Below are positions 11,028-21,581 of a DNA stretch of 37,515 nucleotides, piece by piece. Below the pieces are notes generated by a model. The model saw nothing but the letters and a program-made list of their open reading frames with translations. It ran no database searches and was not told the origin of the DNA. Made by a program: the position numbers and the translations under genes. Each line of letters starts with the position of its first letter. Position 1 is the first letter of the stretch. Source of the stretch: Xanthobacteraceae bacterium (GTDB lineage: Bacteria; Pseudomonadota; Alphaproteobacteria; Rhizobiales; Xanthobacteraceae); assembly GCA_035601915.1 (NCBI GenBank), contig DATNNI010000178.1, positions 1 to 37,515 of the forward strand, written 5' to 3'.

Positions 11028-11056
11028 GGGGCTCTTCGAGGCCCCTTTTTTATTTT
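11028..11056 (+). terminator. intrinsic terminator between miaA and ilvI (miaA terminator and/or ilvIH attenuator)
   Basis: ggggct-cttcga-ggcccc, followed by ttttttatttt. It ends 43 nt before the ilvI ATG. Confidence 0.7.
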
Positions 11057-11098
11057 CTAAACCCGACCATGCGAGATTGTCGAAGACTGGAGTTGGCC

Positions 11099-12856
11099 AT
11101 GACGGAAATGACCGGAGCGGAAATGGTGATCGCGGCGCTGGCCGATCAGGGCGTCGAGCACTTGTTCGGGTATCCCGGCGGGGCCGTACTGCCGATCTAT
11201 GATGCGTTATTTCAGCAGGACAAGGTCAGCCACATCCTGGTGCGTCACGAGCAAGGCGCCGTACACGCGGCCGAAGGTTATGCCCGTTCGACCGGCAAGG
11301 TGGGCACCGTGCTCGTCACCTCGGGGCCGGGCGCCACCAATGCGGTGACCGGCCTGACGGACGCGTTGTGCGACTCAATTCCGATCGTGGTTTTGACCGG
11401 CCAAGTGCCGACCCACTTGATCGGCAACGACGCGTTCCAGGAATGCGACACTGTGGGCATTACCCGCCCGTGTACCAAATACAATTATCTGGTCAAAAGC
11501 GTCGACGATCTGCCGCGGGCGCTGCATGAGGCTTTTCACATCGCGGCCAGCGGCCGGCCCGGGCCGGTCGTGGTCGACATTCCCAAGGACGTGCAGTTCG
11601 CCAAGGGGAATTATTTTAAGCCCAAGGATTTCAGCCATCGCGGTTACCGGCCCAAGGTCAAGGGCGATCTCGACAAGATCAAGCAGGCGATCGACATGAT
11701 GGCGGCCGCCAAGCGCCCGCTGTTCTACACCGGCGGCGGCGTCGTCAATTCCGGCCGTGCCGCGAGCGAGCTTTTGCGCGAGCTGGTGAAAGTTAGCGGC
11801 TATCCCATCACCTCGACGCTGATGGGGTTGGGCGCGTTCCCCGGCTCGGACCGCCAGTGGCTCGGCATGCTCGGCATGCACGGCACCTGGGAGGCCAACT
11901 GGGCGATGCATGATTGCGATCTGATGATCGCGGTAGGTGCGCGCTTCGACGACCGCATCACCGGCCGCCTCGATGCGTTCTCGCCGCACTCGAAGAAAAT
12001 CCACATCGACATCGATCCGTCTTCAATCAACAAAAACGTGAACGTCGATCTCGCCATAATCGGCGATTGCGCACACGTGCTCGAAGACATGGTGCGATTG
12101 TGGCGCGCGAGCGCGGTTGTTCCCGACAAGAAGGCGCTGCAGGCCTGGTGGGAGCAGATCGGCAAATGGCGCGCGAAAAACTCGCTCGCCTACCGCAACT
12201 CGAATGAAATTATCAAGCCGCAATATGCCATCCAACGGCTCTATGAACAGACCAAAGACCGCGACGCCTACGTGACGACCGAGGTCGGACAGCACCAGAT
12301 GTGGGCGGCGCAGTTCTACCCATTCCAGGAGCCGAACCGCTGGATGACATCGGGCGGTCTCGGCACCATGGGTTACGGCCTGCCTGCCGCCGTCGGCGTG
12401 CAAGTCGCGCATCCGAACTCGCTGGTCGTCGATATCGCCGGCGAGGCGTCCGTGCTGATGACCATGCAGGAAATGTCGACGGCGGTGCAGTACGACCTGC
12501 CGATCAAGATTTTCATCCTCAACAACCAATACATGGGCATGGTGCGGCAGTGGCAGGAGTTGTTGCACGGCGGCCGCTATGCCCATTCCTACACCGAGGC
12601 GCTGCCGGATTTCGTCAAGCTTGCCGAGGCCTATCACGCGCACGGCATCCGCTGTACGCACCCGGGCGAACTCGACGAGAAGATCCAGGAAATGCTCGAG
12701 GTGAAGAAGCCGGTGCTGTTCGATTGTGTGGTCGATCCGTCGGAAAACTGCTTTCCGATGATTCCGTCGGGCCGCGCCCATAACGAGATGCTGCTCGGCG
12801 ACGCCGCCACCCGCATCGAGGACGCCATCACCGAAGAAGGCAAGGTGATGGTGTAG
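11099..12856 (+). CDS. ilvI: acetolactate synthase (acetohydroxyacid synthase) large subunit
   Basis: Internal ATG 11099 of track ORF 10994..12856. MTEMTGAEMVIAALADQGVEHLFGYPGGAVLPIYDAL..., ThDP motif GGLGTMGYGLPAAVG...NNQYMGMVRQWQ. Confidence 0.95.
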   Translation: MTEMTGAEMVIAALADQGVEHLFGYPGGAVLPIYDALFQQDKVSHILVRHEQGAVHAAEGYARSTGKVGTVLVTSGPGATNAVTGLTDALCDSIPIVVLTGQVPTHLIGNDAFQECDTVGITRPCTKYNYLVKSVDDLPRALHEAFHIAASGRPGPVVVDIPKDVQFAKGNYFKPKDFSHRGYRPKVKGDLDKIKQAIDMMAAAKRPLFYTGGGVVNSGRAASELLRELVKVSGYPITSTLMGLGAFPGSDRQWLGMLGMHGTWEANWAMHDCDLMIAVGARFDDRITGRLDAFSPHSKKIHIDIDPSSINKNVNVDLAIIGDCAHVLEDMVRLWRASAVVPDKKALQAWWEQIGKWRAKNSLAYRNSNEIIKPQYAIQRLYEQTKDRDAYVTTEVGQHQMWAAQFYPFQEPNRWMTSGGLGTMGYGLPAAVGVQVAHPNSLVVDIAGEASVLMTMQEMSTAVQYDLPIKIFILNNQYMGMVRQWQELLHGGRYAHSYTEALPDFVKLAEAYHAHGIRCTHPGELDEKIQEMLEVKKPVLFDCVVDPSENCFPMIPSGRAHNEMLLGDAATRIEDAITEEGKVMV

Positions 12857-12913
12857 TTATTGCGACCGCTCTCTGCTCCTCGCAACGACGGGATTTATTA
12901 GGAGTATCGATAC

Positions 12914-13462
12914 GTGACCGCGACGACTGCCACCACCCATTATCCAGCTCAGACCAAGACCGAAGCAGTCGAAAGCCGCACGCTCTGCGTACTGGTCGAC
13001 AACGAGCCGGGCGTGCTCGCACGCGTCATCGGCCTGTTTGCCGGGCGCGGCTACAATATCGATTCGCTGACGGTGTCAGAGACCGAGCACGAGGGGCACC
13101 TCTCGCGCATCACCGTCGTCACCCGCGGCACGCCCATGGTCATCGAGCAGATCAAGAATCAGCTCGACCGCCTGGTGCCGGTGCACCGCGTGATCGATCT
13201 GACCAGCGGCGGTCCGGCGTTGCTGCGCGAGCTTGCCATGGTCAAGGTGCGCGGTACCGGCGAAAAGCGCATGGAAATGCTGCGGCTTGCGGATGCCTTC
13301 CGGGCGCGCGTGATCGACGCCACCAGCGAGAGTTTCGTGTTCGAGATCACCGGCGCCTCCGACAAGATCGAAAGCTTCATTAATTTGATGCTGCCGCTCG
13401 GGCTGGTCGAGGTCTCGCGCTCGGGCGTGGTGGCGATCGGCCGCGGGCCCGAGGGGATGTGA
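12914..13462 (+). CDS. ilvH: acetolactate synthase small (regulatory, ACT-domain) subunit
   Basis: GTG start after AGGAG. RTLCVLVDNEPGVLARVIGLFAGRGYNIDSLTV is the typical IlvH/IlvN ACT domain. Immediately downstream of ilvI. Confidence 0.93.
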   Translation: MTATTATTHYPAQTKTEAVESRTLCVLVDNEPGVLARVIGLFAGRGYNIDSLTVSETEHEGHLSRITVVTRGTPMVIEQIKNQLDRLVPVHRVIDLTSGGPALLRELAMVKVRGTGEKRMEMLRLADAFRARVIDATSESFVFEITGASDKIESFINLMLPLGLVEVSRSGVVAIGRGPEGM

Positions 13463-13545
13463 TTATCGGCGGCGAGTTCTCGTGTGGCGGTTCAGAAGTC
13501 CGCATCAGTTTGACCGGCTTAGCCACACTAGATTTTTAGGTTTGC

Positions 13546-13619
13546 CAGTGTCCCTTTGATTCCGAAGTTCGCACATGGGATTGCCGCCTGGTCGCGCGAA
13601 TTTCGGAATCGGGACACTG
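13546..13619. repeat. long imperfect inverted repeat (about 24-27-nt arms, about 23-nt spacer) in the ilvH-hxlR intergenic region
   Basis: cagtgtccctttgattccgaagttcgc ... gcgaatttcggaatcgggacactg, read directly. Confidence 0.75.
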
Positions 13620-13738
13620 CCGCGGCTTGTTTCGGCCTGGCTTGATGAGGCAATCCAGAATAGCAAACACCTCTGGTTAAAATCGGTAACTGACGCTAAA
13701 TAGGTGCCTGGGATGCAACTTCGCAGGCAGGCACGTTC

Positions 13739-14176
13739 ATGAAACCAGGTCAGATCCATTTGCCAGGCGATTGCCGCGCGATCGGCGATATTTTGGCCCG
13801 CGTCGGCGACAAATGGTCGATCCTGGTTGTTTCCCGGCTGGGCGAGGGCGCGCTCCGCTTCAACGAGCTGCGGCGCTCGATTGGCGGGATATCCCAGCGC
13901 ATGCTGACATTGACGCTGCGCGGCCTGGAGCGGGATGGGTTGGTCACGCGCACTGCCTTCCCGACCATCCCGCCGCGGGTGGATTACGCGCTCACGCCGC
14001 TCGGACGCGACCTGCTCGACCCGGTAGCGACGCTCGGCGCCTGGGCGATTCGCAACCAGGCAAAGATCGCGCGCGCCCGCGAGCAATTCGACGGCAATTG
14101 CGTCGCGAGAGGCAAGCCGCCGTTAAAGCGCCGTGCCGTGCGTTCCGGGCTTGTCCAAGCCGCGCATAGAAATTAG
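13739..14176 (+). CDS. HxlR-family winged-helix transcriptional regulator
   Basis: CRAIGDILARVGDKWSILVVSRLGEGALRFNELRRSIGGISQRMLTLTLRGLERDGLVTRTAFPTIPPRVDYALTPLG is the canonical HxlR pattern. Confidence 0.88.
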   Translation: MKPGQIHLPGDCRAIGDILARVGDKWSILVVSRLGEGALRFNELRRSIGGISQRMLTLTLRGLERDGLVTRTAFPTIPPRVDYALTPLGRDLLDPVATLGAWAIRNQAKIARAREQFDGNCVARGKPPLKRRAVRSGLVQAAHRN

Positions 14177-14217
14177 AAGCACCGGGCAAGAACGGCCAAG
14201 GGTCTAGGCAGGGGTAA

Positions 14218-15243
<1,026 letters not shown>

Positions 15244-15264
15244 TCCACGGCACTTAACGTCCGC

Positions 15265-15756
15265 ATGATGAGCCTGCGCATCGCCAAGATTCTGTTAGTC
15301 GGTGCGCTCGCGTTCTACGCCTGTATCGTCGCTTACGACAACATCATCGACTACGGCTCGAATTACCAATTCGTGCGCCATGTGCTGAGCATGGACACGA
15401 CGTTCCCTGGCAATGCGCTGATCCATCGCGCGATCACGAACGAGCGCGTGTGGTCGAAGGTGTATGCTCTCATCATCGCCTGGGAATGGCTGACAAGCGC
15501 GCTTTTGGCCATCGGGGCTTTGGCGTTGCTTGTTCGCCTTCGCGCGCCCGCCGCCATCTTCAACCGCGCCAAGACCTGGGCCGTCGCCGGGCTGTTGGCC
15601 GGCTTTGGTCTTTGGTTCTTCGGTTTTTTGGTGGTAGCCGGCGAATACTTTGCGATGTGGCAATCGCAAACGTGGAACGGGCAGGAGGCGGCGTTCAGGC
15701 TGACAATGGTGATTATTGGCGTGCTGATCTTCGTAGGTTTGCCAGAAAGCGATTGA
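15265..15756 (+). CDS. small integral membrane protein, DUF2165-like
   Basis: 163 aa, 4 predicted TM helices. DNIIDYGSNYQFVRHVLSMDTTFPGN matches my memory of DUF2165. Confidence 0.7.
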   Translation: MMSLRIAKILLVGALAFYACIVAYDNIIDYGSNYQFVRHVLSMDTTFPGNALIHRAITNERVWSKVYALIIAWEWLTSALLAIGALALLVRLRAPAAIFNRAKTWAVAGLLAGFGLWFFGFLVVAGEYFAMWQSQTWNGQEAAFRLTMVIIGVLIFVGLPESD

Positions 15757-16212
15757 CGCCGGATTGTGCGCTGCACAGTGCGGCGGCGAAATTGGTTCTT
15801 ATCAAAAATCTGTGACGCCGCATTTTCGCCATGTACTCCGCGAAATCGACGAGTTTTGGCGAGTTTGAATTAAAACCCGAACGCGAAGAAGCGTAAAAGC
15901 CATCGTTTTTGCCAAATTTTCAAAACCGCGCCGAGTTTTTTTCCGCGCTCTCGTTACGCGGCACTCGCGAGACTTTTCTCAGTTTAGAATTTGTCTTGCT
16001 AAGAATCGCGATGTCATTAGCATCACATTCTGACGCAGGCGCCGCGTCGCTCTTCGCAAGGCCAACAAAGGCGCCGTCAACTCGCAGCATCAAAAAAGGC
16101 TGACCGAAGCGACCGCAATATGGTGGTCAGCAGCGGCAGCCGCCGAAGCCGGCAACGTCGTGAGCTGAGGGCGGCAGCGCGCGACCTAAAACTACCGCCA
16201 CCGGAGGGAACG

Positions 16213-16665
16213 ATGGTCAATGTTCGTGTGAACGGGCAAGAGCATACATTCGACGGCGATTCGTCGATGCCGCTCTTGTGGTACTTGCGCGACGAGCTCG
16301 GCCTGACTGGAACGAAATTCGGTTGCGGCGTCGCGCTCTGTGGAGCCTGCACGGTTCATCTCGACGGCGACGCGATCCGCTCTTGCGGAATTGCCATGTC
16401 GGACGTAGCAGGCAAATCGGTGGTCACCATCGAAGGCCTCGACCCCAAAGGCGAACATCCGGTCCAAGTCGCTTGGCGAAACGTCAGTGTGCCGCAGTGC
16501 GGCTATTGCCAGGCCGGCCAGATCATGCAGGCGGCCGCCTTGTTGGCGAAAACTCCTGCGCCGACCGACAAGCAGATCGACGACGCCATGTACGGCAACA
16601 TCTGCCGCTGCGGTTGCTATCAGCGCATCCATACTGCCGTTCGCGCCGCTTCAAAGGGGGCCTGA
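16213..16665 (+). CDS. (2Fe-2S)-binding small subunit of a molybdenum hydroxylase (IorA/aldehyde dehydrogenase small-subunit type)
   Basis: Internal ATG 16213 after [18 protein letters not shown] and [10 protein letters not shown]...NICRCGCY are the two [2Fe-2S] motifs. Confidence 0.9.
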   Translation: MVNVRVNGQEHTFDGDSSMPLLWYLRDELGLTGTKFGCGVALCGACTVHLDGDAIRSCGIAMSDVAGKSVVTIEGLDPKGEHPVQVAWRNVSVPQCGYCQAGQIMQAAALLAKTPAPTDKQIDDAMYGNICRCGCYQRIHTAVRAASKGA

Positions 16666-16666
16666 C

Positions 16667-18973
16667 ATGACTTATCAGCGCAATCAGCAAAACGTTGTTA
16701 TCGCCAATGTCAGCCGCCGCGGCATGCTCAAAAGTGTCGCCGGTGCCGGCGTGTTCGTGTTGGCAGCCCAGTTTCCGGCAGTGCGCGCCGCCAAGGCTTA
16801 TGCCACCGGCGCCGACAAGATGCCGCACGGAGTGGTAACCAACCCGCACATTTTTGTTTCCATCGACAAGGACGGCATCGTGAGCATTGTGGCGAGCCGC
16901 GCCGAGATGGGAAATGGCGCTGCGCGCACCTCGCTACCGATGATCGTCGCCGATGAACTGGACGCTGACTGGTCGCGCGTGCGCGTCGTCCAATCTCCAG
17001 GCGATGAGGAGACCTACGGCAACCAGGATACCGATGGTTCGCGCAGCGTGCGCCACTTCATCCAGCCGATGCGTCAAGTCGGCGCCGGAGCACGCAAGAT
17101 GCTGGAAAACGCCGCCGCGAAACGCTGGGGCGTCAATGCCAATGAGGTCGTGGCGAAATTCCACGAGGTCGTGCACACGCCGAGCGGCAAGAAGCTTGGC
17201 TATGGCGAGCTCGCAGCCGATGCGGCCGCCGAACCGGTACCTGCGCCCGAAACCTTGCATCTGAAGGACCCGAGCGCCTTCCGCTATATCGGCAAGGGCA
17301 ACATAACAATCGTCGATCTGTTCGACATCACGACAGGCAAGGCGATCTACGGCCAGGATGTGCGATTGCCTGGGACGCTTTATGCCGTCGTCGCCCGGCC
17401 GCCGGTGTTCCTAGGCAAGGTTGCGTCCTATGACGCCAGCGCCGCCATGAAGGTGCCTGGTGTGGTCAAGGTCGTCGCTATTGACGGCTCGCCGCCGCCG
17501 GCGGCGTTTGCGCCGCTTGGTGGAATTGCGGTGATCGCCAAAAACACCTGGGCCGCAATGAAGGGCCGCGAGGCGCTGAAGATCACTTGGGACGACGGAC
17601 CGAACGCATCGTTTGATTCGGTCTCCTATAAAGCGTTGCTCGAAGAAAACGTCCGTAAGCCCGGACGAATGGAACGCAACGAAGGCGACGCCGATGGGGC
17701 GCTCAAATCGGCCGCCAAGGTGATTACGGCCGAGTATTATTCGCCGCACATCGCACACGCCACCATGGAGCCGCCCGTGGCCACCGCACGGATGGCCGAT
17801 GGCAAGCTCGAAGTCTGGACTTCGACCCAGAGTCCCGGTGGCGCCCGTGACGATATCGCCAAGCGACTCGGTCTCGACCCCAAAAACGTGGTGTTGCACG
17901 AGTTGTTGCTCGGCGGCGGCTTCGGCCGCAAGTCGAAATGGGACTTCGCGCTGGAGGCGGCGGTGCTGTCGAAAGCGACCGACGGCGCGCCGGTCAAGGT
18001 GGTGTGGACCCGCGAGGATGACATCCAGCACGGTTTCTATCACACCGTGACGGCGGAGCGTCTCGAAGCCGGCCTCGACAAGGACAACAAAGTGGTTGCC
18101 TGGCGGCATCGCAGCGCGGCTCCGAGCCTGTTCGCAAACTTCGTGCCCGACAATAAATTGCCGGGCTTCATTGAGCTCGGAATGGGCTTTGTCGACACGC
18201 CGTTCAACGTGCCGAACATCCGTCTGGAAAGCGGCGAGGCCCAATCGCACGTGCGGGTGGGCTGGTTCCGCTCGGTCAACAACGTGGCGCATGCTTGGGC
18301 GATCCAGTCGTTCGTTGCCGAGATCGCGCACCAGCTCGGCCGTGATCCCAAGGACATGCTGCTCGAACTGATCGGTCCGGCACGCATCGTCGACGCGCCG
18401 AAGAAGGCGACGACCGAATGGTGGGACTACGGTGAACCGTACGACACCTATCCCGTTGACACCGGACGGTTGCGCCGGATCACCGAGCTCGTCGCCGAGA
18501 AGGCGGGTTGGGGGCGCAAACTGCCGGCCGGCCACGGTCTCGGCATCGCCGCGCATCGCAGCTTCGTCAGCTATATCGCCACCGTCGTCGAGGTCGCGGT
18601 GGACAACAAGGGCAACCTCTCGGTGCCGCGCGTCGACACGGCGATCGATTGCGGTTTCTACGTCAATCCCGAACGCATCCGCTCGCAGATTGAAGGCGCT
18701 GCGGTAATGGGGCTGTCGCTCGCCAAATACGGCGAGATCACGCTCAAGAACGGGCGCGTCGAGCAGAGCAACTTCAACGACTATCAGGTCGTCAGGCACG
18801 ACGAAGCGCCAACGGTGACGAACACGCACATCGTGGAGAATGGCATCGACGTTCCGGCGAGCGGCGTCGGCGAGCCGGGCGTGCCGCCATTCACTCCGGC
18901 GCTTTGCAACGCCATCTTCGCTGCGACCGGCAAGCGCATCCGCCGCCTGCCGATTGGGAATCAGCTGGCGTAG
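16667..18973 (+). CDS. molybdopterin-binding large subunit of a xanthine dehydrogenase-family oxidoreductase (IorB type), with Tat signal
   Basis: ATG 16667, one nt after the small-subunit stop. Twin-arginine signal [19 protein letters not shown]. Aldehyde oxidase/XDH a/b-hammerhead and Moco-binding regions (GGGFGRK, ...GVGEPGVPP). Confidence 0.88.
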   Translation: MTYQRNQQNVVIANVSRRGMLKSVAGAGVFVLAAQFPAVRAAKAYATGADKMPHGVVTNPHIFVSIDKDGIVSIVASRAEMGNGAARTSLPMIVADELDADWSRVRVVQSPGDEETYGNQDTDGSRSVRHFIQPMRQVGAGARKMLENAAAKRWGVNANEVVAKFHEVVHTPSGKKLGYGELAADAAAEPVPAPETLHLKDPSAFRYIGKGNITIVDLFDITTGKAIYGQDVRLPGTLYAVVARPPVFLGKVASYDASAAMKVPGVVKVVAIDGSPPPAAFAPLGGIAVIAKNTWAAMKGREALKITWDDGPNASFDSVSYKALLEENVRKPGRMERNEGDADGALKSAAKVITAEYYSPHIAHATMEPPVATARMADGKLEVWTSTQSPGGARDDIAKRLGLDPKNVVLHELLLGGGFGRKSKWDFALEAAVLSKATDGAPVKVVWTREDDIQHGFYHTVTAERLEAGLDKDNKVVAWRHRSAAPSLFANFVPDNKLPGFIELGMGFVDTPFNVPNIRLESGEAQSHVRVGWFRSVNNVAHAWAIQSFVAEIAHQLGRDPKDMLLELIGPARIVDAPKKATTEWWDYGEPYDTYPVDTGRLRRITELVAEKAGWGRKLPAGHGLGIAAHRSFVSYIATVVEVAVDNKGNLSVPRVDTAIDCGFYVNPERIRSQIEGAAVMGLSLAKYGEITLKNGRVEQSNFNDYQVVRHDEAPTVTNTHIVENGIDVPASGVGEPGVPPFTPALCNAIFAATGKRIRRLPIGNQLA

Positions 18974-19007
18974 TTCACGCGGGCGTCAAAACGGTGCACG
19001 AATGTCG

Positions 19008-19038
19008 CCGGAACCCGGCCTGCCGGGTTCCGGTTTTT
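19008..19038 (+). terminator. Rho-independent terminator after the Mo-enzyme operon
   Basis: ccggaacccgg-cctgc-cgggttccgg followed by ttttt. Confidence 0.8.
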
Positions 19039-19147
19039 CTTTGTCCGCCGCCGAACAAAACGGTGCCGGGCCGATACACCCGTACGTCCGCTTGATCGCA
19101 AGCCGCGCCTGGCAGAAACTGCCGGCCCGCTGATCTGGGAGATTACG

Positions 19148-19759
19148 ATGACGGCCAAGCGTCTCTTGTTCGCCGCAGCTATCGCGCTATCGATCCTTCC
19201 GGTGGCGGCCCCGGCGGCCAGCGCCGCCGACATTTTCACGCTGAGCTCGACGACATTCCAGGACGGCAAATTCATGCCGAAGAATGTCGCCAATAACGCC
19301 GCCAACAGTCACAACAACCCGAATTGCGTCGGCGATAACGTGTCGCCGCAATTCTCCTGGACCAACGTGCCGGAGGGCGCCAAGAGCTTCGTGTTTTTCA
19401 TGACCGATCCCGAGGGCCGCGCCGGCGCCGGCGTTTTTCATTGGGTCGCCTACGGCATTCCAACCTCGGTGACGGGATTTGCCGAAGGCGAGGTCAGCAA
19501 GCCGTCGGACAAATATGTCGGCGGCAAGAGTACGCAGGGCGTCGGGTTCTATTCCGGGCCGTGCACGCCGCCGAACACCATGCCGCACCATTACACGTTC
19601 GTCCTCGTCGCGACCGATTTCGATCCGCAAGAGTTGCCGCCCGGGCTGACGCACGATGAAGTCGTCCAGAAATTGGCGCCAAACGGCGGGCCACCCGTTC
19701 ATGCCAAGGGATTTGCGGCCGGCCTTGTCGGCTTGTTCGCCAACCCGTTGAAGAACTAA
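19148..19759 (+). CDS. YbhB/YbcL-family (PEBP / Raf kinase inhibitor-like) periplasmic protein
   Basis: Signal peptide ...PVAAPAASAAD. NVSPQFSWTNVPEGAKSFVFFMTDPE...HWVAYGIP...GPCTPPNTMPHHYTFVLVA is the typical bacterial PEBP pattern. Confidence 0.88.
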   Translation: MTAKRLLFAAAIALSILPVAAPAASAADIFTLSSTTFQDGKFMPKNVANNAANSHNNPNCVGDNVSPQFSWTNVPEGAKSFVFFMTDPEGRAGAGVFHWVAYGIPTSVTGFAEGEVSKPSDKYVGGKSTQGVGFYSGPCTPPNTMPHHYTFVLVATDFDPQELPPGLTHDEVVQKLAPNGGPPVHAKGFAAGLVGLFANPLKN

Positions 19760-19840
19760 AGCTGCCGGCGTTTATCGGTTCATTCGTTGAATCTCTTCAT
19801 CGCTGGTGACAGCAAACGGTCCGATGCTTAAGACCGTCGC

Positions 19841-20551
19841 ATGTCAGGCGCCGCAGCCCTCGAGATCGTTCCGGTCGAACGCGTGGAGATTACCGTCGCG
19901 CCGTGGCAATGGGAGTTTGCCGTCAAACGGCGTGCCGAGATCGAGGCCCACTTTGCCGCACGGCAGGAGCGGCAGCCGGCGCTGTGGAACGGTCGCGTGC
20001 TGCTGCTCAGGGACTACCGGATTGAAAACGGCTTGCTGAGCGGCTCGAGTTTCGAGACCGACTTCGCGAGCTTTGTGGCCTGGCGCGACTGGGACTTCCC
20101 CGACCGTGACGTTTTCAATGTTTTCGCGATGGCGGCCGTGCGCGGCGCTGACGGCGGTTATCTGCTTGGAGAGATGGCCGATCACACGGCTTCAGCGGGG
20201 TTCCTCTACTTTCCTTGCGGGACGCCGGATCCGAAGGACGTCACCGACGGCATGCTCGACCTCGGCGGCAGCGCCGCCCGCGAGCTTTTCGAAGAGACCG
20301 GCATTGACATCACCAAGCTTTCGGCGTGGCCGGGTTGGAGCTTGGTGCGCGAGCAGAATTTTATCGCGCTCATCAAAAGCTTTGCCTCAGCCGAGCAGGC
20401 GCAGGACCTTCGCGCGCGCGTGATGCGTTACCTCGCCTCGGGCGCGCACCCGGAACTCTCCGATATCCGCATCGTACGGGATCGCGGTGATCTGACGGCG
20501 CAAATCCCCGGATTCGTCATTACCTTTCTCGAAAGCATTTGGAGCGGATAA
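19841..20551 (+). CDS. NUDIX-family hydrolase (atypical, with N-terminal extension)
   Basis: Nudix box-like GGSAARELFEETGID in the 236-aa ORF. Confidence 0.7.
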   Translation: MSGAAALEIVPVERVEITVAPWQWEFAVKRRAEIEAHFAARQERQPALWNGRVLLLRDYRIENGLLSGSSFETDFASFVAWRDWDFPDRDVFNVFAMAAVRGADGGYLLGEMADHTASAGFLYFPCGTPDPKDVTDGMLDLGGSAARELFEETGIDITKLSAWPGWSLVREQNFIALIKSFASAEQAQDLRARVMRYLASGAHPELSDIRIVRDRGDLTAQIPGFVITFLESIWSG

Positions 20552-20584
20552 TCATCACTCAAGTCGTGTCCGCGGAGGCAGGCA

Positions 20585-21496
20585 ATGAAGATAGAAAAAA
20601 TTCTCCGGCACTGCCGGATCGATAAGCCGCGGCACTTCCGGCTTGCGCGGCACAATCCTGACGAATGCTTTGGCATCTCGCCGGATGCCGCCGAAGTCAA
20701 GGATATGCTCGCGGACGGCATTGCCAGGCTGGAGAAGCTGCAGCAACGGCTCTACGCGAACGGGCGGTGGAGCGTACTTATCGTCTTTCAGGGGATGGAT
20801 GCCGCGGGCAAGGACAGCGCCATCAAACACGTTATGTCGGGAGTAAATCCGCAAGGCTGCGAAGTTCATGGCTTCAAGGAGCCGAGCACGGAGGAGCTTG
20901 CGCACGACTTTTTGTGGCGGGCGGCGCAGCGTCTGCCGGCCCGTGGCAGCATCGGCATATTCAATCGGTCATATTACGAGGAAGTGCTGGTGGTGCGCGT
21001 CCATCCCGAGCTGCTGCAGCGCCAGAAGCTGCCGCCGGGCACGGCTGGGCCGGACATCTGGAAGCACCGTTTCAAGGAGATTCGGGCGTTCGAGCGGCAT
21101 CTCACCCGCAGCGGTACCTTGGTGCTGAAATTCCATTTGCGCATTTCCAAGGAAGAGCAGCGCAAGCGGTTTCTGGCGCGGATCGACGAACCGGCGAAGC
21201 GCTGGAAGTTTTCCATGAACGATATCAAAGAGCGCGGGCGCTGGGACCGCTATATGGCGGCGTATGAGGAGATGATCCGCGCGAGCACGACCGAATATGC
21301 GCCGTGGTACGTCGTTCCTGCTGATCACAAGCATGTCGCGTGGCTCGTCGTCGCCGAGGCGATCGTTGAGGCGCTTCAAGGCCTCAAGCTCCAATACCCC
21401 AAGATCACGGGCGCAGCGCTGAAAGAGCTGAAAGCGGTGGAGAAGGAGCTGCGCGCGGAGGCGCCGCCTAAAGTCAAGCAGAGCAAAGACTCTTAA
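20585..21496 (+). CDS. polyphosphate kinase 2 (PPK2) family polyphosphate:nucleotide phosphotransferase, single-domain
   Basis: GGAGG RBS. Walker A FQGMDAAGKDSAIKHV, then FLWRAAQRLPARGSIGIFNRSYYEEVLVVRVH and YAPWYVVPADHK. Confidence 0.9.
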   Translation: MKIEKILRHCRIDKPRHFRLARHNPDECFGISPDAAEVKDMLADGIARLEKLQQRLYANGRWSVLIVFQGMDAAGKDSAIKHVMSGVNPQGCEVHGFKEPSTEELAHDFLWRAAQRLPARGSIGIFNRSYYEEVLVVRVHPELLQRQKLPPGTAGPDIWKHRFKEIRAFERHLTRSGTLVLKFHLRISKEEQRKRFLARIDEPAKRWKFSMNDIKERGRWDRYMAAYEEMIRASTTEYAPWYVVPADHKHVAWLVVAEAIVEALQGLKLQYPKITGAALKELKAVEKELRAEAPPKVKQSKDS

Positions 21497-21581
21497 CGCC
21501 TGCCGTTGGTCAGTGCCGCGCACCAGAGGCAGCTTCACACGGCAAGCCGATCACACTAGAATCGCAACCTGCACCAAACCG

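Noticed and set aside
10994-11098. Upstream extension of ilvI to ATG 10994 (track ORF of 620 aa)
   Set aside because: The extension would read through the terminator hairpin and T-tract (11028-11056). Canonical AHAS N-terminal similarity begins at MTEMTGAEMV (11099).
13505-14086. 193-aa minus-strand ORF overlapping the HxlR regulator
   Set aside because: No recognisable domain, and Arg/Ala-rich. The plus-strand frame gives a textbook HxlR sequence, so this is treated as an antisense artefact.
16080-16212. Possible Moco riboswitch in the 5' region of the molybdoenzyme operon
   Set aside because: I could not recognise the conserved Moco-motif core by eye and cannot run a covariance model, so no claim is made.
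17411-18829. 472-aa ORF antisense to the Mo-hydroxylase large subunit
   Set aside because: A typical shadow ORF of a GC-rich gene. It has an Arg/Gly/Asp/His-rich composition and no recognisable motifs, and lies entirely inside a confidently identified gene on the other strand.
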